From: Candidatus Heimdallarchaeum endolithica
GTDB lineage: Archaea; Asgardarchaeota; Heimdallarchaeia; Heimdallarchaeales; Heimdallarchaeaceae
Length of the DNA: 64,000 nucleotides
Assembly: GCA_021513715.1 (NCBI GenBank)
Contig: CP084167.1
Coordinates: 2,656,001 to 2,720,000 of the forward strand
Direction of reading: 5' to 3'
Shown: positions 60,503 to 64,000 of the stretch, piece after piece
Layout of the letters: each line of letters starts with the position of its first letter
Numbering within the stretch: the stretch's first letter is position 1
Notes under the pieces: model-generated
Database searches by the model: none
What the model was told of the DNA's origin: nothing
What the model saw: the letters and a program-made list of their open reading frames with translations, nothing else
Made by a program: the position numbers and the translations under genes

Positions 60503-61675
60503 TTATTTTGTTTTTTTAGATAAAAATAGTTTGCGTCTATATTTGAGAAAGATAACAAAAAAACCAGCTACTATTAACACAGAACCCGTAATTATCCACA
60601 CGTAGACATTCCTTTCAGGAAGATCTTCAAGATGTTCTCCTTTATACCAATGTTTTAAAACTTTTTCAGCTAATTTATTGTGGGGGCTATAACCAGTTGT
60701 ACTTTCATCTTCTGGATTAACTTCCCAATTCCACCAATAAAGACCAGATATCCACGATAAATTTGCAATTGTCTCAAATGTTGCTTCATAACAGAGATAC
60801 TGCTCTCTTTCATCCTTAAAGCCTTTTCTCTCCCAATTCCAGGGGTCCTTATTTGCTCCGTTTAAACTTCTATATCCTATTTCTGTGAAGATTATGTTTC
60901 TGTTGTGTTGAAGTGAAAATGAATGTAATTTGGGAATATAACCTCTCCACCCTTGTTTTAATTGTTCAAGAGTGGGATTAGTTGTATTTGACAAAGGAAA
61001 ATAAGCATTTATTCCAATATAATCTAAATAATCCCAAAATTCTATTTGTTCGTAAATATCGTAGTTTGAAGCATAAGTTATTGGGTTTTTATAAACTTCT
61101 CTTACTGCATTAATAGTTTTAATCCAATTATTTGTATCTGAAATTGTACCGTCAAGTTCACAACCAACAACAAAAAATTCTACTCCTTTATTTTGAGCTA
61201 TTTCGGCCCAGAAAGTTATAAATTCAGTGTATGCTTTAAACCATTCATCAGAAGGTTCTATATACGCTCTCCACTCCCCTGTTCTAAGATCTAGCATCGG
61301 CTTTAATACAACCTTCATATCCTGTTCATGAATTATATCAATATATGAAATAACATCAGAGATATTTACACTATATAAATTATAATCAGGTTCTATAACT
61401 GTAGAAGTTCTATTCTCTTGAAAATACCAAAAACAAAGCACTACCCATTCTGTTCCAGACTCTTTAAGCTCTATGAGTGAGTTGTTGGCTTCTATTTTTT
61501 TCAAAGAGTTGTCTTCCCAAGGAGTTAATGAAAAAGCTTTCTGTATATTTGGTAGCAAGTTAGAGTTACTATTGTTTTTTGAAAAAGAAGTTAATTTTAT
61601 AAAAGGGACATTAAAAAAACTGAAATTAATTAAAAATATCAGTAAAAAAAAAGTAGAAATTTTCCTTTTTCTCAT
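60503..61675 (-). CDS. Membrane-anchored glycoside hydrolase family 113 (beta-mannanase-like)
   Basis: Signal peptide, LKPM, WR, VGCEL, YASN, D.IGINAYFPL, FTEIGY, C-terminal TM with basic tail. Confidence 0.82.
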   Translation of the reverse strand: MRKRKISTFFLLIFLINFSFFNVPFIKLTSFSKNNSNSNLLPNIQKAFSLTPWEDNSLKKIEANNSLIELKESGTEWVVLCFWYFQENRTSTVIEPDYNLYSVNISDVISYIDIIHEQDMKVVLKPMLDLRTGEWRAYIEPSDEWFKAYTEFITFWAEIAQNKGVEFFVVGCELDGTISDTNNWIKTINAVREVYKNPITYASNYDIYEQIEFWDYLDYIGINAYFPLSNTTNPTLEQLKQGWRGYIPKLHSFSLQHNRNIIFTEIGYRSLNGANKDPWNWERKGFKDEREQYLCYEATFETIANLSWISGLYWWNWEVNPEDESTTGYSPHNKLAEKVLKHWYKGEHLEDLPERNVYVWIITGSVLIVAGFFVIFLKYRRKLFLSKKTK

Positions 61676-61874
61676 AATTAATAAAGTAATGATATTAAAT
61701 AAAAATTCTTTCTTCTATCTCATTAAGTTAAATTGTCTAACTTCTGTGTGTTTTTCATATTTACATAGTGAATGATATCTTTTTGGAAATTAAAAATGCA
61801 GATGAAAATAATTTATATCCCTACGTGAATAGATAATTCAAATAGTATTTGGTATTATCAAAAGAAGGATTTGA

Positions 61875-63644
61875 ATGAAAAACTCTCCGAAAACTAAAAA
61901 TGAATTTATACGTAATTGTGCTGAATTATGGTATAAAAAAAGAGATATTAAAGAGTTAATGACACTTTTTCGCAGCACTTTTGGAAAAAACAATCCCTTC
62001 TTTCTTCTACAGGTAGGTTCGAGTGTATTTAAAAAATATGGGTATGAAATTTGGGTTATATTTTTGTCAGATTTGTTTAATTTCAACAAAAGATTCAGGA
62101 AAGTTATTCAAGGAAGGATAGATAGAACTTTTTTCAATTTAGTTACAGGGTGGAAAGGGAGTGGAAAAAAACATATTATAACATCATCTAAAGAACTTGA
62201 TGAAAAGATCTCTTTTCTTGTTGAAAAAACATCATTACAAAAACCAAATTTTGATAGGATTTATTTTTTCTTAACAGAACAGATAAAAGACCGGGCAATT
62301 TTACCAGAAGAATGGGTGAGAATAAAAAATACATTAATTTATATTCCAGAGAGCGTAGAAACTTATTATTACCTTAAAACAGTTATGTATAAAACATTAG
62401 GTTGTAAGAACTACAAAAAAATAAATATTCAAACAAATATAGGTAGATTCATCAATTATAGAAAACTTAGGCGGAGATTATTTATCTTTTTATTACAAAA
62501 TAGAGATTATAAATTGCAAAAATATTTTCTCAAATTACCTCTTTTTTTAAGAAATAATGAAAAGGAAAAAGTCATTTTAGCAATTTCAATATTAAGTTAT
62601 TTATTTTCTAAAAATTATAAGAATAATGATATAATAACTAAGTATCTTCTTGAAAATGCAAAGATAGGAGCTAAAAAATTAAAAAATCAACATTTCCTAT
62701 GCCAGATAGTTAGAGATCTTTATATTGAAGAATTTTACATTTATATGAAAAACAAGGAATTTACTGAAGCTGTTAAGATTCTTAACTATATAGAAAAAAA
62801 AGAATTAACAAAAGGAAATAAAAAATCTAAAAATAGAATTAACATTTTTCTAGTTGAAGGATATTTGGAACTTACAATTCAATTTTTAAAGCTTGGTATA
62901 TATGGACGGGCACAAAGAACATACGAAATGGCAAGTAATATTTTTAAAAATATCACAAAAAATAAAATTTCCAATCTTAAGGATCTTGAACAATTATTTG
63001 TCTCTTTAAACCAGCAATTTCAAAAAATCGAAACTGAAATGATATTTATTTTAGACACTTCTTTTTTGTGTAGTGTCTTAGACTTTGTTCATCAAAGAAA
63101 AGACGAATTCGAAAAAATTTTTGAAGTAATAAATTCCTATGAGCAGATTGATTATAAAATACCAACTTATGTTTGGGAAGAAATTCCTGTTCGATATAAG
63201 TTTTGGTCTCCTTTACTTCCAAATACAACATCTTTTACTGACTATGAGATACCAGATGAAAGAATAAATGATTTGAAGTTCTTAAATGAAATAAGGCGAA
63301 AAAAGTTTTTTACTGATGACGAAATTTTTGATTATAAAATTATACAAACAGCCCTAGATTATAAAACGGATAGAATTACTTCAATAATTGTTTCTAATGA
63401 TGAAGGAATACATTCCTTTGTTAGTAAGGCTTTACAAGAACCCAATGTGAGATCAATATGGTCTCATACATTTCTCTTATTTCTAGCTAGAAATGGAAAA
63501 AATGAAAAAATAATAAAAATATTAGAAAAAGTTGCTGACGGTGTCGAGAAACTAATTAATGAATATCGAACTAAAGAGAAAAGAAAAAAACTATTGATAC
63601 AACCATTCGACAAAACTTTGATCTCTGTTAAATTAGAAAAATAG
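61875..63644 (+). CDS. Helical/TPR-like protein with C-terminal PIN domain
   Basis: FILDTSFL, VWEEI, FDYKII, IVSNDEGIH at 63039-63644, alignable with the N-terminus of the 47024 protein. Confidence 0.75.
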   Translation: MKNSPKTKNEFIRNCAELWYKKRDIKELMTLFRSTFGKNNPFFLLQVGSSVFKKYGYEIWVIFLSDLFNFNKRFRKVIQGRIDRTFFNLVTGWKGSGKKHIITSSKELDEKISFLVEKTSLQKPNFDRIYFFLTEQIKDRAILPEEWVRIKNTLIYIPESVETYYYLKTVMYKTLGCKNYKKINIQTNIGRFINYRKLRRRLFIFLLQNRDYKLQKYFLKLPLFLRNNEKEKVILAISILSYLFSKNYKNNDIITKYLLENAKIGAKKLKNQHFLCQIVRDLYIEEFYIYMKNKEFTEAVKILNYIEKKELTKGNKKSKNRINIFLVEGYLELTIQFLKLGIYGRAQRTYEMASNIFKNITKNKISNLKDLEQLFVSLNQQFQKIETEMIFILDTSFLCSVLDFVHQRKDEFEKIFEVINSYEQIDYKIPTYVWEEIPVRYKFWSPLLPNTTSFTDYEIPDERINDLKFLNEIRRKKFFTDDEIFDYKIIQTALDYKTDRITSIIVSNDEGIHSFVSKALQEPNVRSIWSHTFLLFLARNGKNEKIIKILEKVADGVEKLINEYRTKEKRKKLLIQPFDKTLISVKLEK

Positions 63645-63655
63645 AAAAACATAAT

Positions 63656-63814
63656 CTACTTTATTTCTTGTTCTAGAAGACAACATAAATCTTTTACCAA
63701 CATTTCTTCCTCTTGATTCTGAAAAATACTAGAACTTTTAGTAATTCTTAAAAGAAATTTGTACAAAGTATTTGCTTCTTCTCTTGATAACTCCAATAAT
63801 ATTAAACTTTCCAT
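63656..63814 (-). CDS. Small hypothetical protein (52 aa)
   Basis: Manual translation MESLILLELSREEANTLYKFL..LVKDLCCLLEQEIK. Confidence 0.45.
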   Translation of the reverse strand: MESLILLELSREEANTLYKFLLRITKSSSIFQNQEEEMLVKDLCCLLEQEIK

Positions 63815-63875
63815 TTAAACCATTTCTTTATTTATTATTATCTTTTAACCTTATTGGTATTCTCCTTTCTTTGAC

Positions 63876-64000
63876 TTATTTTAGGAATAATTTTTCATTA
63901 TTATTCGCTTTTTTAACAGTTTTTTTGGTTAGAAAATGAGCAATAAGAGAATATGTTACTCCAACTATTAAATCAATTACAAAGTGATGATAGAAATAAA
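63876..64000 (-). CDS. 3' end of a PAP2-superfamily membrane phosphatase/synthase (partial)
   Basis: YFYHHFVIDLIVG matches the PAP2 third motif H...D...G. Confidence 0.6.
   Translation of the reverse strand, partial: YFYHHFVIDLIVGVTYSLIAHFLTKKTVKKANNNEKLFLK

Noticed and set aside
552-63652. Numerous short F/S/L/I-rich ORFs antisense to real genes (e.g. 552-767, 6083-6505, 45543-45872, 51329-51625)
   Set aside because: Shadow frames of K/E-rich or purine-rich coding strands.

Overview
Very AT-rich (roughly 30% GC by eye) archaeal chromosomal segment. Gene content (Rab-like GTPase, longin/uDENN-like and V4R domains, EMC6-like protein, RqcH/NEMF, AN1-finger proteases, type 2 IDI, GGTG(A) ribosome-binding sites) points to an Asgard archaeon, probably Heimdallarchaeia (inference). 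Most of it is housekeeping or metabolic: fhs, fni, DEAD-box helicase, DRG-type GTPase, GH3/GH31/GH113 glycosidases. Highlights: (1) a three-gene operon of a small acidic protein, a short Rad50/SMC-like ATPase with atypical motifs, and a PIN-nuclease/helical-repeat protein (44971-48627). It is a candidate undescribed SMC-sensor/PIN-effector defence system, and a second, domain-swapped homologue of the same PIN domain lies at 61875-63644. (2) Transposase-less TnpB elements with inverted-repeat ends, all inserted at CATG: two tnpB elements and a 350-bp omega-RNA-only mini element, each interrupting a host gene. One TnpB has the Fanzor-type rearranged RuvC site. (3) An unrelated 240-bp structured mini element. 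(4) An unannotated dual-guide box C/D sRNA predicted to target 23S rRNA helices 69-71. (5) A longin/uDENN-V4R fusion. (6) An internally deleted merA. Several frameshifts are single-base losses in short runs and may be sequencing errors. No tRNA, rRNA or CRISPR array was seen.
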